DNA from: a virus
Length of the DNA stretch: 64,000 bases
IMG/VR virus record: IMGVR_UViG_3300044638_006409
Location: 56,656-120,655 of that record
Direction: 5' to 3' (one strand)
Shown one piece after another: positions 32,862 to 42,194 of this stretch (its first letter is position 1; every line of letters starts with the position of its first letter). The notes beneath the pieces were generated by a model, which had not been told where the DNA came from, did no database searches, and worked only from the letters and a program-made list of their open reading frames with translations. Position numbers and translations under genes: made by a program.

Positions 32862-33044
32862 ATGGAGACCATAGAAAAAATCAAAACACTGACTGAAGAA
32901 TTATCAGTTGACACTAACAAATTTTTCAAAGGCAATAATAGTGCTGGTACAAGAGCAAGAAAATTAGCACAAGATTTAAAAAATTTGTTACAAAAATTGA
33001 GAACAGAAATATTAGAAGAAAGAAAAAAAGAGGAAAATGTATAA
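32862..33044 (+). CDS. Histone H1-like (Hc1 family) small DNA-binding protein
   Basis: KF.KGN.SAGTRARK...LK..L..LR..I signature. Confidence 0.75.
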   Translation: METIEKIKTLTEELSVDTNKFFKGNNSAGTRARKLAQDLKNLLQKLRTEILEERKKEENV

Positions 33045-33225
33045 TATTGATACTATTTTTTTATACCTCAATGTATTTTCAATACTTTTCGTACTCAGAG
33101 TATCTTATAAATTTATAAGTGCCCTATTATCAAATCCACCAAGTAAATTGATTTTGGGAAATAGGGAACTTATATTTTTTGGAGTTTCATTAGCATATGT
33201 CATTACTTATTTAATAACTTTATGA
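33037..33225 (+). CDS. Small two-TM membrane protein
   Basis: Two hydrophobic segments. Confidence 0.55.
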   Translation: MYNIDTIFLYLNVFSILFVLRVSYKFISALLSNPPSKLILGNRELIFFGVSLAYVITYLITL

Positions 33226-33668
33226 GTTTATATCAAGAATTTTCATCATTATTACCATATCTACAATCAATAAGAAAGTTAAAAAACTATTTATCTTTCG
33301 ACATAAGTTTTCCGAACACTTGGAAAATACCCAAGAAGTTTGTTGAAGAAGATAAGATTATCGAACAAACTTCCCAAATTGAGAATGAAAGATTATTTTC
33401 AATAGTCACTGAAATCTCTGAAAGTGATATTCAAAAAACTCATAGTAATCTTAGAAATATTATTAAGTACAACATCGAAAGAGAAGAAAAGGATAAATTG
33501 TTCGAAACTAAAGTAGATGAATTGAAAAAAATATTCGAAAAACAAAATTTGGAAAAGTTAAAGGGATTATTTTTCAATATAAGTGAACCAACATCAAAAA
33601 AAGTAGAATTAGAAGATGATGAAGAACAACTCGGATCAAAAACTGAAATGGTTGGAAAAGGAGATTAA
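33222..33668 (+). CDS. Hypothetical protein
   Basis: ATGA-coupled ORF. Confidence 0.55.
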   Translation: MSLYQEFSSLLPYLQSIRKLKNYLSFDISFPNTWKIPKKFVEEDKIIEQTSQIENERLFSIVTEISESDIQKTHSNLRNIIKYNIEREEKDKLFETKVDELKKIFEKQNLEKLKGLFFNISEPTSKKVELEDDEEQLGSKTEMVGKGD

Positions 33669-33807
33669 GCGAGACCAACTAGAACTTGATAAAGAAAAAG
33701 AAAACTTTATCAACAAGATAAAAAATATGAAAAAAGAAGAGATTATACCTCTTAAACCAAAAAAAATTACATTATGGCAACGGATAAAAAAGGTGTTAAT
33801 GGGTTAA
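33616..33807 (+). CDS. Hypothetical coiled-coil protein
   Basis: Ends in an amphipathic LWQRIKKVL helix. Confidence 0.5.
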   Translation: MMKNNSDQKLKWLEKEIKRDQLELDKEKENFINKIKNMKKEEIIPLKPKKITLWQRIKKVLMG

Positions 33808-34022
33808 TTGAGAAACTTGCATATGTTTCAGATGAAGTTAGTAAAGTATTTCCTGATAGTAGATCCGTTGTAGTCTTTTCTCTAAATGAAAATGACTTTA
33901 ACTATAGTAAAACTCAAGTAGAAAACTTTTCAGACACAAATCAATTCAAAATTGACATTTCAGGTATAGAGTTTATTTTTTTGAGGGATGAGTTGTTGAA
34001 TAACGCTGAAGATAAGATTTAG
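33774..34022 (+). CDS. Hypothetical protein
   Basis: Overlapping ORF in the operon. Confidence 0.5.
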   Translation: MATDKKGVNGLIEKLAYVSDEVSKVFPDSRSVVVFSLNENDFNYSKTQVENFSDTNQFKIDISGIEFIFLRDELLNNAEDKI

Positions 34023-34614
34023 GAAACCCATACTCAACTAAAAGATTATAAAGATATTTTTTTTGTGGAAAAGAAAAATCTTTTACAAAAATACAATCAC
34101 CCCTTTTTTCAGACCTCATTTTATTTTCCATCGAATCAATAAATCGGTCGGCATCATCCTCATCCTTAAAGGTAAATAATTTAATTTCTTCGTTACCCTG
34201 AAATATAATTTTGTTGTTTAATTTAGAAATCATTTTTATTCCTTTATAACTCAAATACTTTTTCTCAAAAATATTACTAGTTATTTTTTTCTTTGTCGAA
34301 TAGTCCAAAAATTCCTCCTCAAGATTGTACTTAATTATCTTTAGTACATTATACTCCTCCGAATCCGTTTCAACTTTAGTTGTTCGACCTAGTTCGTCCT
34401 TAATGTATATTTTTTCCAAACCAAATTCCTTGTTTTCCATCAATAGCAGTTCGAACTGACACTTTGAACCGTTTTCAGTTCTTTTTTCAAAAACCACACT
34501 ATCGCTCAGTTTAGATTGTTCATTAAAAAAATCTAAGGCCTTTTTCTTAGTTTTAAATTTGTTGATTATTTTCCTTTTTTCTTTATTTTTGAAGAGAATG
34601 ATTAAATAGTTCAT
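33973..34614 (-). CDS. Hypothetical protein
   Basis: 213-aa ORF, divergent from dnaJ. Confidence 0.55.
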   Translation of the reverse strand: MNYLIILFKNKEKRKIINKFKTKKKALDFFNEQSKLSDSVVFEKRTENGSKCQFELLLMENKEFGLEKIYIKDELGRTTKVETDSEEYNVLKIIKYNLEEEFLDYSTKKKITSNIFEKKYLSYKGIKMISKLNNKIIFQGNEEIKLFTFKDEDDADRFIDSMENKMRSEKRGDCIFVKDFSFPQKKYLYNLLVEYGFPKSYLQRYSTTHPSKK

Positions 34615-34650
34615 ATAATAAAAATAAAATACATAACTTAAATATAAATA

Positions 34651-35562
34651 ATGGAAAATTACTACGAGATACTGGGAGTTAACGAGAACGCAACATCAGA
34701 TGAAATTAAAAAAAGTTATAGGAAATTAGCTATGGAACATCATCCTGACAAGGGTGGTAATGAAGAAAAATTTAAAAAAGTTTCTGAAGCATATGATATC
34801 TTAGGTGATGAAAATAAAAGAACTAATTATGATAACCAAAGAAAAAATCCATTCGGTGGAAACAATATCTTCGAAGAATTTTTCAATTCATTCAATAATA
34901 GAAATCGCCCCCCATCAGTCCCTGACAAAATAATTAATTTAGAAATTAGTGTTTTAGATTCCTTTAAGTCTTCAGAAAAAACTTTTACATATTTAAGGAA
35001 TGAAAAGTGTGAAGGTTGTGATGGTAATGGTGGTGAAAAAACAAAATGTAATGTTTGTAATGGAACAGGAACAATTGTTATGAAAATGGGTAATGGTTTC
35101 TTCACCCAAGTTTTTCATCAAAATTGTAATCATTGTAAGGGAAGTGGGTTTCTTTTTAAAAAAGTATGCAACACTTGTAATGGTACTTCAAATAGTAGTA
35201 AATCTGAAACCATAAAAATAAAAATTCCACATGGTGTTGGTGATGGTCAATTTTTCAGAATGCAGGGTAAGGGTGATTTCACCAATGGTGTATATGGAAA
35301 CTTAGTAATTAAGGTAATGATTAAACCAGAACAAGACTTCAAAAAAGAGGGGAATAATCTTATTTACGATTGTTATCTCAACGACAAAGAAATATTGGAG
35401 GAGTCTATCAGTATTCCCCATCCAGATGGTGCAATGTTAGTTAAACTACCCGAAACTTTTGATAGTAGTAAACCATTGAGAGTAAAAAACAAAGGTTTCA
35501 AAGTTGAGGGAATCGGTGATTTTATAATTAACTTAAATGTTAGATTTAAAAGAAAAAATTAA
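34651..35562 (+). CDS. dnaJ: DnaJ co-chaperone
   Basis: J domain with HPD, four CxxCxGxG-type repeats and a C-terminal domain. Confidence 0.92.
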   Translation: MENYYEILGVNENATSDEIKKSYRKLAMEHHPDKGGNEEKFKKVSEAYDILGDENKRTNYDNQRKNPFGGNNIFEEFFNSFNNRNRPPSVPDKIINLEISVLDSFKSSEKTFTYLRNEKCEGCDGNGGEKTKCNVCNGTGTIVMKMGNGFFTQVFHQNCNHCKGSGFLFKKVCNTCNGTSNSSKSETIKIKIPHGVGDGQFFRMQGKGDFTNGVYGNLVIKVMIKPEQDFKKEGNNLIYDCYLNDKEILEESISIPHPDGAMLVKLPETFDSSKPLRVKNKGFKVEGIGDFIINLNVRFKRKN

Positions 35563-35695
35563 ATAAATCTCTAACTAAACTTACAAATCCATAAAAGGTA
35601 CAAGCCGCAACTGCAACAGAAATTAATACTAAATTTAAGTGTTTTGTTTGAAAACCTTTATTTTTACATGTTGTACATCCTTTTTCTTGTTCCAT
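35546..35695 (-). CDS. Small membrane protein with N-terminal CxxC
   Basis: [11 protein letters not shown] followed by one TM helix. Confidence 0.5.
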   Translation of the reverse strand: MEQEKGCTTCKNKGFQTKHLNLVLISVAVAACTFYGFVSLVRDLFNFFF

Positions 35696-35802
35696 AGTCT
35701 TTTTTAATTTAAAAGTATTATATTTGTCCCAATAATCAATAATAGTTATTGGGACTACTATTTTTATCACATCAAAGATATTTATTAAGAAAAACAAAAA
35801 AA

Positions 35803-37176
35803 ATGAGATTTACTTCCGTACTTAAGAAATTAATTGTTGAAAACTCAAGATTCAAAGTTCTTTATGATAAGATGGTTACCCCATCACAAAAAGCATTAGA
35901 AAAAAATCCAAAAGCTAAAGGTTTGATGACCTTTGACATATTAAAAAGAATCATATTTGCTGACCCTGACACCAAAGCACCTGAAAACTTTGATATAGAT
36001 GGGGCATCGATTGATGATATGGATAAAGTTAAAGTTGGTAAGTTTACACAATGGATGTTGAAAAACTTCGCAGTACCTACTATGACTGACGAAATGAAAG
36101 CTTTAGACCCCCAATCTAAAGAGTTCAAAAATGCAATCAAAAGTTATAGAGAATTGTATTTGGAAGATTTATTCAAGATGACTGAACAGCTTCAATTTTT
36201 CGAAAAAGTAAAACAATATTTACCTGAAAACCAAAGGGACATCAATAAATTGACACCAGCTCAATTGAAAGATATATTTGCTAACTTCAAGTTACCTGAA
36301 AAGAAACAGAAAGAACTTGAGAAAAAACAAGCAAAGAAAACTAGAGAAGGATTAAAACACGCTGGTGGTGATATTATTTTTGAAGGAAGTGATTGGGTAT
36401 TGATTAAAGTTGAAGGTAACAATCCAACTAGTAAAGACGCTGCAATTTATTATGGAGGCTATAAGGATTATAGAGAGGGTGAATCTGACTGGTGTACATC
36501 AGCACCTGGTTTGACTTGGTTTGAAAGATATATTAAGGATGGTCCTCTTTATGTTGTATTCCCACAGAATGACAATGGCCAAGTTGGTAAAAGAACAGGA
36601 TTACCTGAAGAAAGATATCAGTTCCATTTCCCTTCAAGTCAATTTATGGACAGACACGATAGACAGATTGATTTAGTAAAGTTTTTGAATGAGAAGGCAC
36701 CTGAGTTGAAAGATTTCTTCAAAAGTGAGTTTGCAAAAGGTTTGGCTACAAAGGGTGGGAAGAAAGTTGAAATTTCTTATCCAAATAGTTCAGCAGGAAA
36801 ATATGTTGCATTATATGGTTTCGAAGAATTATTCGACAATTTACCAGATGATATTGAACATTTGATGATTAACAATACATCTCAAACACCAATAGGTTTA
36901 GATGTACCTGAATCTTTGGGTAGATTCAAAAGTTTGGATGCTTTGGTTTTACAAAACATATGTAAATCATTACCTGATAGTATTGGAAACTTACAACAAT
37001 TAAGTTTTCTTTCTTTACCTGATAACAAACAATTAGTATCTTTACCTGAGTCCATTACAGGTTTGGAAAACTTATCTTTTGTTAACTTAAAAGGTTCGAA
37101 TCCAAGTATTAAAATACCTGAAACATTGAAAGAGAAAATGATGGACCAAGGTGATGGTTTCTATTATGTAATGTAA
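35803..37176 (+). CDS. Protein with WCT motif and C-terminal leucine-rich repeats
   Basis: SLPDSIGNL and SLPESITGL LRR units. TATTTAT at 35779. Confidence 0.65.
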   Translation: MRFTSVLKKLIVENSRFKVLYDKMVTPSQKALEKNPKAKGLMTFDILKRIIFADPDTKAPENFDIDGASIDDMDKVKVGKFTQWMLKNFAVPTMTDEMKALDPQSKEFKNAIKSYRELYLEDLFKMTEQLQFFEKVKQYLPENQRDINKLTPAQLKDIFANFKLPEKKQKELEKKQAKKTREGLKHAGGDIIFEGSDWVLIKVEGNNPTSKDAAIYYGGYKDYREGESDWCTSAPGLTWFERYIKDGPLYVVFPQNDNGQVGKRTGLPEERYQFHFPSSQFMDRHDRQIDLVKFLNEKAPELKDFFKSEFAKGLATKGGKKVEISYPNSSAGKYVALYGFEELFDNLPDDIEHLMINNTSQTPIGLDVPESLGRFKSLDALVLQNICKSLPDSIGNLQQLSFLSLPDNKQLVSLPESITGLENLSFVNLKGSNPSIKIPETLKEKMMDQGDGFYYVM

Positions 37177-37189
37177 AAAAATTATATCT

Positions 37190-37474
37190 ATGAATATTGA
37201 TGTTGAAATATACATTAAGAACTTTATAAACTTCTTTGAGAGTAACCCCAACGAATTGATTGATTTGATTGGTGACGAACTCAAAGAAGTTTTTTATAAA
37301 AAGGTGGAGGAACAATGTTATAAGAACCTTGACAATGGTGAGGATATTGTTTTGACTCAAAAACAATTGATTGAAATCGTTGTGGACATTAAGAAGGGAA
37401 AACCTGATATGAAGGTGTTATTAACCAATGGTGTCTTTCAAAAAACAAAATATGGATTAATTTCTTTGAATTAG
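37190..37474 (+). CDS. Hypothetical protein
   Basis: 94-aa ORF. Confidence 0.55.
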   Translation: MNIDVEIYIKNFINFFESNPNELIDLIGDELKEVFYKKVEEQCYKNLDNGEDIVLTQKQLIEIVVDIKKGKPDMKVLLTNGVFQKTKYGLISLN

Positions 37475-37475
37475 A

Positions 37476-37507
37476 TTTGGAAATTAGAAAACCTCGTTGT
37501 ATCTTTG
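37476..37507 (+). promoter_or_regulatory. Bacteroidota housekeeping-type promoter
   Basis: TTTG (37476), 20-nt spacer, TATCTTTG (37500). Confidence 0.7.
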
Positions 37508-37542
37508 ACTTATCAATCACTCACCACTAAAAACTTAAAGAT

Positions 37543-38292
37543 ATGACAATCCAAGACATCAAATCAATCGCTCCTGCAATCTTCTCTACTTCTGCTGACC
37601 CCAAAATGTCAAACAAGTATTCATTCGTTCCAACAATCGAATTGATGGAAAACTTCACCAACGAAGGATGGCAACTTGCATCTGTAAAACAAAATGGTAA
37701 AGGTGCATATGGTGTACACGAACTAAGATTCCGTAATGGTGAATTACCTGCTGTTGGTGACACATTAGTTGAGGCCATCGTTAGAAACTCTCACAATGGT
37801 ACTACAGCTCTTACGGTTGGTGCCGGTCTCTTCAGGTTAGTATGTTCCAATGGTTTGGTTGTCCCAACTTCAACCGCTGAACAATTCACTGTAAGACATA
37901 TGGGTTTTGACTCTGACGAAGTAAAAAGATTGACTGAGAGCTTTGCAAAGAAATTACCTCTAATCCAAAACTCAGTTGATAAAATGATGGATAGAATGTT
38001 GACTGAAGGTGAGAAGATTGAGTTTGCTAAAAACGCATCAATCATCAAGTGGGGAATGGGTTCAGTTCCTGCAACACTAAACCTTGAGCAACTTATCACA
38101 CCACAAAGAATTGAAGATAGCAAAGATGACCTTTGGACAACTTTCAATGTAATCCAAGAGAAGTTCATCAGAGGTGGTGTTGATTACAAATCAAACTCTG
38201 GTAGAAAAACATCCTTGAAAGGTTTGAAAAATATTATGGCTGCAAACCAAATGAATACCAAACTTTGGACATTGGCTGAAACTATGGTGTAG
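37543..38292 (+). CDS. DUF932/DUF945 family protein
   Basis: NSHNGT, GLFRLVCSNGLV and DLWTTFNVIQE motifs. Confidence 0.85.
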   Translation: MTIQDIKSIAPAIFSTSADPKMSNKYSFVPTIELMENFTNEGWQLASVKQNGKGAYGVHELRFRNGELPAVGDTLVEAIVRNSHNGTTALTVGAGLFRLVCSNGLVVPTSTAEQFTVRHMGFDSDEVKRLTESFAKKLPLIQNSVDKMMDRMLTEGEKIEFAKNASIIKWGMGSVPATLNLEQLITPQRIEDSKDDLWTTFNVIQEKFIRGGVDYKSNSGRKTSLKGLKNIMAANQMNTKLWTLAETMV

Positions 38293-38305
38293 TGATTGAA
38301 AATGT

Positions 38306-38340
38306 GAGGGGAGAGATTGATTATCTCTCCTCTTTTTTTT
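38306..38340 (+). terminator. Intrinsic terminator
   Basis: GAGGGGAGAGA/TCTCTCCTC hairpin followed by a T-run. Confidence 0.75.
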
Positions 38341-38351
38341 ATAATTTCATT

Positions 38352-40076
38352 ATGGAAAAGTTATACGAATTCAGCATATCAAGTTATCACACTTTACTCT
38401 ACAAAGATTATTGTGAAATAGATGAACAAGATTTATTGGGTGGTCACAAAACTGATTCACCTGAGTTGTCTGGTTTTTTTACACCTTCAGTTTTACGAAA
38501 AGAGTTTGATTATGACAAAACATTTTTGGACGAGGAATCCTATGTTAAAAATTATAATAACTTATGTTCCCATATTATTTTCAAAAGAACCTCACTTTAT
38601 GTTGAAAAAACTGAAGACAAGGTATCTATGAAATTTTTTGTTTATTTTAAAGGTAGACAAGCTGGTAAAAAATATTTTAAGAAAGATACAATATGTCATT
38701 TTTTAACATATAACTTTAAACAGAATTGTCTTTATAATGGTCATATCAAAAACTATCATCTTAAACGAAAATCAAAAAAATTATTGACAAAAAACAATTG
38801 GTCTAATAAACCAATTCAGGCATTCATCCAACTATGGATAAATCATATAAGAGGTATGAGGTTGAATGATTTTGAGAGAATTGAACAATCAGGAAAAGAA
38901 GTTAATGATGCTGTAGGAATATTTCTATCAAATATTTCGGGTACTGATATGAATATCAATGGATACGACAATGTCATTTATAAACGATATTTAGATGGAA
39001 TTGGTGTAAAAGTTCCTAATAATTGGATGTACTTTAACAGAACATTTCCACAGATTACAAAAAAAATATTTAAAAAACACAAATTCAAGTTTGTTGATGC
39101 CTTTATGGGTTTCTACGGATTGTTTGGTGATAAAGTAAAAAGGGTATTACACAATGTAACATCAACAGATGGAACGGAATCTTTGAAGTTTGCACTAGAA
39201 TTTTTTGGTAAAGATTTTATATTATCCCAACCAGACCATTTCATTAAAGAAACAATTGAAAGTACAACTTTCTTTATGGATTGGGAAAATTATTTAAACA
39301 ACCAACAACTTAATATAAACGATTACACTAAAACCGAAGTTAGATATTGTTTTGAGATTTTTAAGTTAGTTGTTAGGGGTGAAATCAACTTTCATTCATT
39401 TACAGACCACATTAGATATAAAAATAGGTTAAAAAACTTTGAACCTGTAATGTGGAGAGCCAAAGATTATGATAGTTTTAGTGAAGAACATTACATTTGG
39501 TCTGAAAAAATTGGTTCACTTAGTTCTGCCCAATATAGAAGAATATTTGATGAAAAGTTCAAACAATATATCGAAGAACCAATTGATGATTATTATCCTG
39601 TATTATTGAATGAGACCAAAGAATACAATATGGAAAGTTTTAATCAATCCAATTGTGTTAGGTCGTATGTTGATAAACCAGCATCAATTATTATTTCATT
39701 AAGGAAAGGTGATAATAATTCGAGAAATAGAGCAACAATTGAATATAAAATCGAAGACAATTTTAACAAAATTAGATTCAATCGTGTTCAATCATTAGGG
39801 AGACATAATGAAAAATTGGATGAAACTTGGACAAAAGTTTTGATTGAACTTGATACCAGAATGTTTTATACTTTGGAGAATGATATATTCAAATTACCTG
39901 AAGTTGAAATTAAATATGGGGGAAAAACATTTATGTCGCATTTAATATTTGTTGAGGATAACCTCAAAGCTCAATTGTATAATGGAACAACTAGTAAGTT
40001 ACCTCCAAGAAAAATAGTAACATTTACCAATAATCCTGTAAAAAACATTTATCACCCAACCTTAGACATATTATGA
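38352..40076 (+). CDS. PcfJ domain-containing protein
   Basis: ES..QSNCVRSY, I.SLR and RATIEY motifs. Confidence 0.7.
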   Translation: MEKLYEFSISSYHTLLYKDYCEIDEQDLLGGHKTDSPELSGFFTPSVLRKEFDYDKTFLDEESYVKNYNNLCSHIIFKRTSLYVEKTEDKVSMKFFVYFKGRQAGKKYFKKDTICHFLTYNFKQNCLYNGHIKNYHLKRKSKKLLTKNNWSNKPIQAFIQLWINHIRGMRLNDFERIEQSGKEVNDAVGIFLSNISGTDMNINGYDNVIYKRYLDGIGVKVPNNWMYFNRTFPQITKKIFKKHKFKFVDAFMGFYGLFGDKVKRVLHNVTSTDGTESLKFALEFFGKDFILSQPDHFIKETIESTTFFMDWENYLNNQQLNINDYTKTEVRYCFEIFKLVVRGEINFHSFTDHIRYKNRLKNFEPVMWRAKDYDSFSEEHYIWSEKIGSLSSAQYRRIFDEKFKQYIEEPIDDYYPVLLNETKEYNMESFNQSNCVRSYVDKPASIIISLRKGDNNSRNRATIEYKIEDNFNKIRFNRVQSLGRHNEKLDETWTKVLIELDTRMFYTLENDIFKLPEVEIKYGGKTFMSHLIFVEDNLKAQLYNGTTSKLPPRKIVTFTNNPVKNIYHPTLDIL

Positions 40077-40384
40077 CAAGTAGAACAAGAATTAACGACA
40101 TATTCAAAGAAAGATTTAAACAAATCCCATCTTCATTATATATAAAAAATGAAAATATTTCTAAAGAAAACTTGGATAAGTTTTTAAGTAAATCTCATTT
40201 GATTTTTGTTAATAAACAAGTTGTGGAGGGTAAAATTGTGGAACTTGATAGATTGGTGGAGTACGACTCAAATGGTATTCTTATTTACATAAAAAAGGCT
40301 GAAGATATATTTATTCTAACCACAACTGATAGATTGAATGTTGCGGAGTTTACCTTACATAACTTAATAAAACTTAATAAATAA
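40073..40384 (+). CDS. Hypothetical protein
   Basis: Coupled ORF. Confidence 0.5.
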   Translation: MTSRTRINDIFKERFKQIPSSLYIKNENISKENLDKFLSKSHLIFVNKQVVEGKIVELDRLVEYDSNGILIYIKKAEDIFILTTTDRLNVAEFTLHNLIKLNK

Positions 40385-40692
40385 TGGAAATTACAAGTAG
40401 TGAATTGAAATCGAAAATAGAAGCTGGAGAACCAGTGATTGTTGACTTTTGGGCAACCTTTTGTGGCCCGTGTCGAATGTATAAACCAACATTCGAAAAA
40501 GTTGCGGAAAGTACAAATATACCAATGTATACGATGAATGTTGAAGAAAATGGTGAATATGCTGTTGAACTAGGTATTCGTGCTGTACCAACAACAAAAG
40601 CATTTAATAATGGTGGTGAAGTATTTTCAAAACCAGGTATGATGTCAGAGAATGAATTAAAAGGTGTTATAAATAATATTATTAATGGATAA
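40384..40692 (+). CDS. Thioredoxin
   Basis: VDFWATFCGPC and GIRAVPT motifs. Confidence 0.9.
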   Translation: MEITSSELKSKIEAGEPVIVDFWATFCGPCRMYKPTFEKVAESTNIPMYTMNVEENGEYAVELGIRAVPTTKAFNNGGEVFSKPGMMSENELKGVINNIING

Positions 40693-40972
40693 TAAATTAG
40701 TCATATTATACACAATGAAGGGATGTCCCCACTGTACGGACTTCAAAGATTTGTTAGTTCAAAATGGCATTGAGTTCTATGATAGAGATATCGATGAATA
40801 TAGTGACGAGTTTGATATGTTTGTCGAATTAACAGGAAAAGATTTTGTTCCAGCATTTATGTTGGTAGATGAATCCGAGAGTGACGAACCCATACCAATG
40901 TTATTTGCACCTGAAGAGGATTTCAACGAATTAGAAGAAGGATTGGAAATTATCAAAAAGTTCTTACAATAA
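40685..40972 (+). CDS. Glutaredoxin-like protein (CPHC)
   Basis: LYTMKGCPHC...VPAF. Confidence 0.8.
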   Translation: MDNKLVILYTMKGCPHCTDFKDLLVQNGIEFYDRDIDEYSDEFDMFVELTGKDFVPAFMLVDESESDEPIPMLFAPEEDFNELEEGLEIIKKFLQ

Positions 40973-40974
40973 AA

Positions 40975-40999
40975 AATGTCCCCAATATTAGGGGACATT
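40975..40999. terminator. Hairpin between convergent genes
   Basis: AATGTCCCC-AATATTA-GGGGACATT. Confidence 0.7.
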
Positions 41000-41004
41000 A
41001 TCAT

Positions 41005-41835
41005 TTAGAATATAACCAAATCTTTCATTCTATCTTTAACCAACCAAGGTTTCTCACCTAATTGATTATCAATATCTCTTTCAACATCATAATCTTTTAT
41101 ATAGTCATTTGCAAACTTATTCAAGTTGAAATCAAATACATCTAATATTAATGACTTAATTTTCTCTGGTGTATAAATTGAATCACAAGTTACCTCAATG
41201 TTAAAATCGTCTTCACTATTAATAACTGAAGAATACTTAAATATAATTTTATCTGTTTCAAGTAAGTTAAATAATTGATTGCAAATATGTTCACCATAAT
41301 ACAATTCTCTTCTACCAAGGTTTAAACTATATCCATAAGGGAATGATGAGGAAACAGAAAGAAAGTTCGTTGTGTTGAATATTTTAAGGTTCTCAGGGAT
41401 GAATGGGGAATAGAACTCTAGTTCCAATTTGTCTGTAAAGTTAATATTATTTAGGAACTCTTTGTTGTAATCATTTTTACTATCTCTATTAACTTCATTG
41501 ATTACCTGTTGGTGGAAAATAGGTCTATCACTTTTATGATATTCAAAGTAATATTCGTTTGGGGAAAGCGGTTCTCTATAATCTATTAAATCAATTATAT
41601 TGATATGTTTAAGATTAAGATAGGTTAATAAATCAGGATTCTTTTCAACAAATAAATCTCTTAACTTATTTAAATCTAAAACTTCATCTGAGTTTGTTGC
41701 ACCATAAACAACCAAGAATGATTTAAAATCAACAACTTGAAATCTTGAGGTAAAGTTTGGGTTTACATTTTTGACAATAAAGTCAGCGAATAGGTTTACA
41801 AAACCTTCTTTTGATAATCTATTAATATACTTCAT
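41005..41835 (-). CDS. Hypothetical protein, possibly a highly diverged MetK-fold protein
   Basis: Weak pattern similarity to the SAM synthetase N-domain. The catalytic GHPDK motif is absent. Confidence 0.4.
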   Translation of the reverse strand: MKYINRLSKEGFVNLFADFIVKNVNPNFTSRFQVVDFKSFLVVYGATNSDEVLDLNKLRDLFVEKNPDLLTYLNLKHINIIDLIDYREPLSPNEYYFEYHKSDRPIFHQQVINEVNRDSKNDYNKEFLNNINFTDKLELEFYSPFIPENLKIFNTTNFLSVSSSFPYGYSLNLGRRELYYGEHICNQLFNLLETDKIIFKYSSVINSEDDFNIEVTCDSIYTPEKIKSLILDVFDFNLNKFANDYIKDYDVERDIDNQLGEKPWLVKDRMKDLVIF

Positions 41836-41943
41836 AATTTTTTTATCAAATGTATAAACAAAAAAATTATTATCTTAAATAGTAAAATAAAAAAAGGGAC
41901 ATTGATTGTCCCCTTCAAAGTTCGTACCTTCCCTTCAGTGAAG

Positions 41944-42102
41944 TTATCTTTTGTTGTAGTACTTCTCAACAACCTTTTTGATTGATTCTTGAATGTTGTT
42001 GTTAGTCACCTGTCTCTGACTAGTTGTTTGGTTGTTAGCAGGTGGTGGTGTTGAAGGGGCAGGTTGACCTTGTGGTTTGTTTTTACATCCGCATCCAGCC
42101 AT
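41944..42102 (-). CDS. 52-aa small protein MAGCGCKNKPQGQPAP...KYYNKR (missing from the ORF track)
   Basis: Hand-translated. Has its own TATTTAT motif upstream (42145-42151, minus strand) and a terminator-like hairpin downstream (about 41890-41915). Confidence 0.7.
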   Translation of the reverse strand: MAGCGCKNKPQGQPAPSTPPPANNQTTSQRQVTNNNIQESIKKVVEKYYNKR

Positions 42103-42194
42103 AATCCTTTTGTTTTAATTTTTGTTATGAAGTCAACTTCATTAATAAATATCTTAAGTATTTATATTATGTAAATAAAACCTTATTTGACAAT

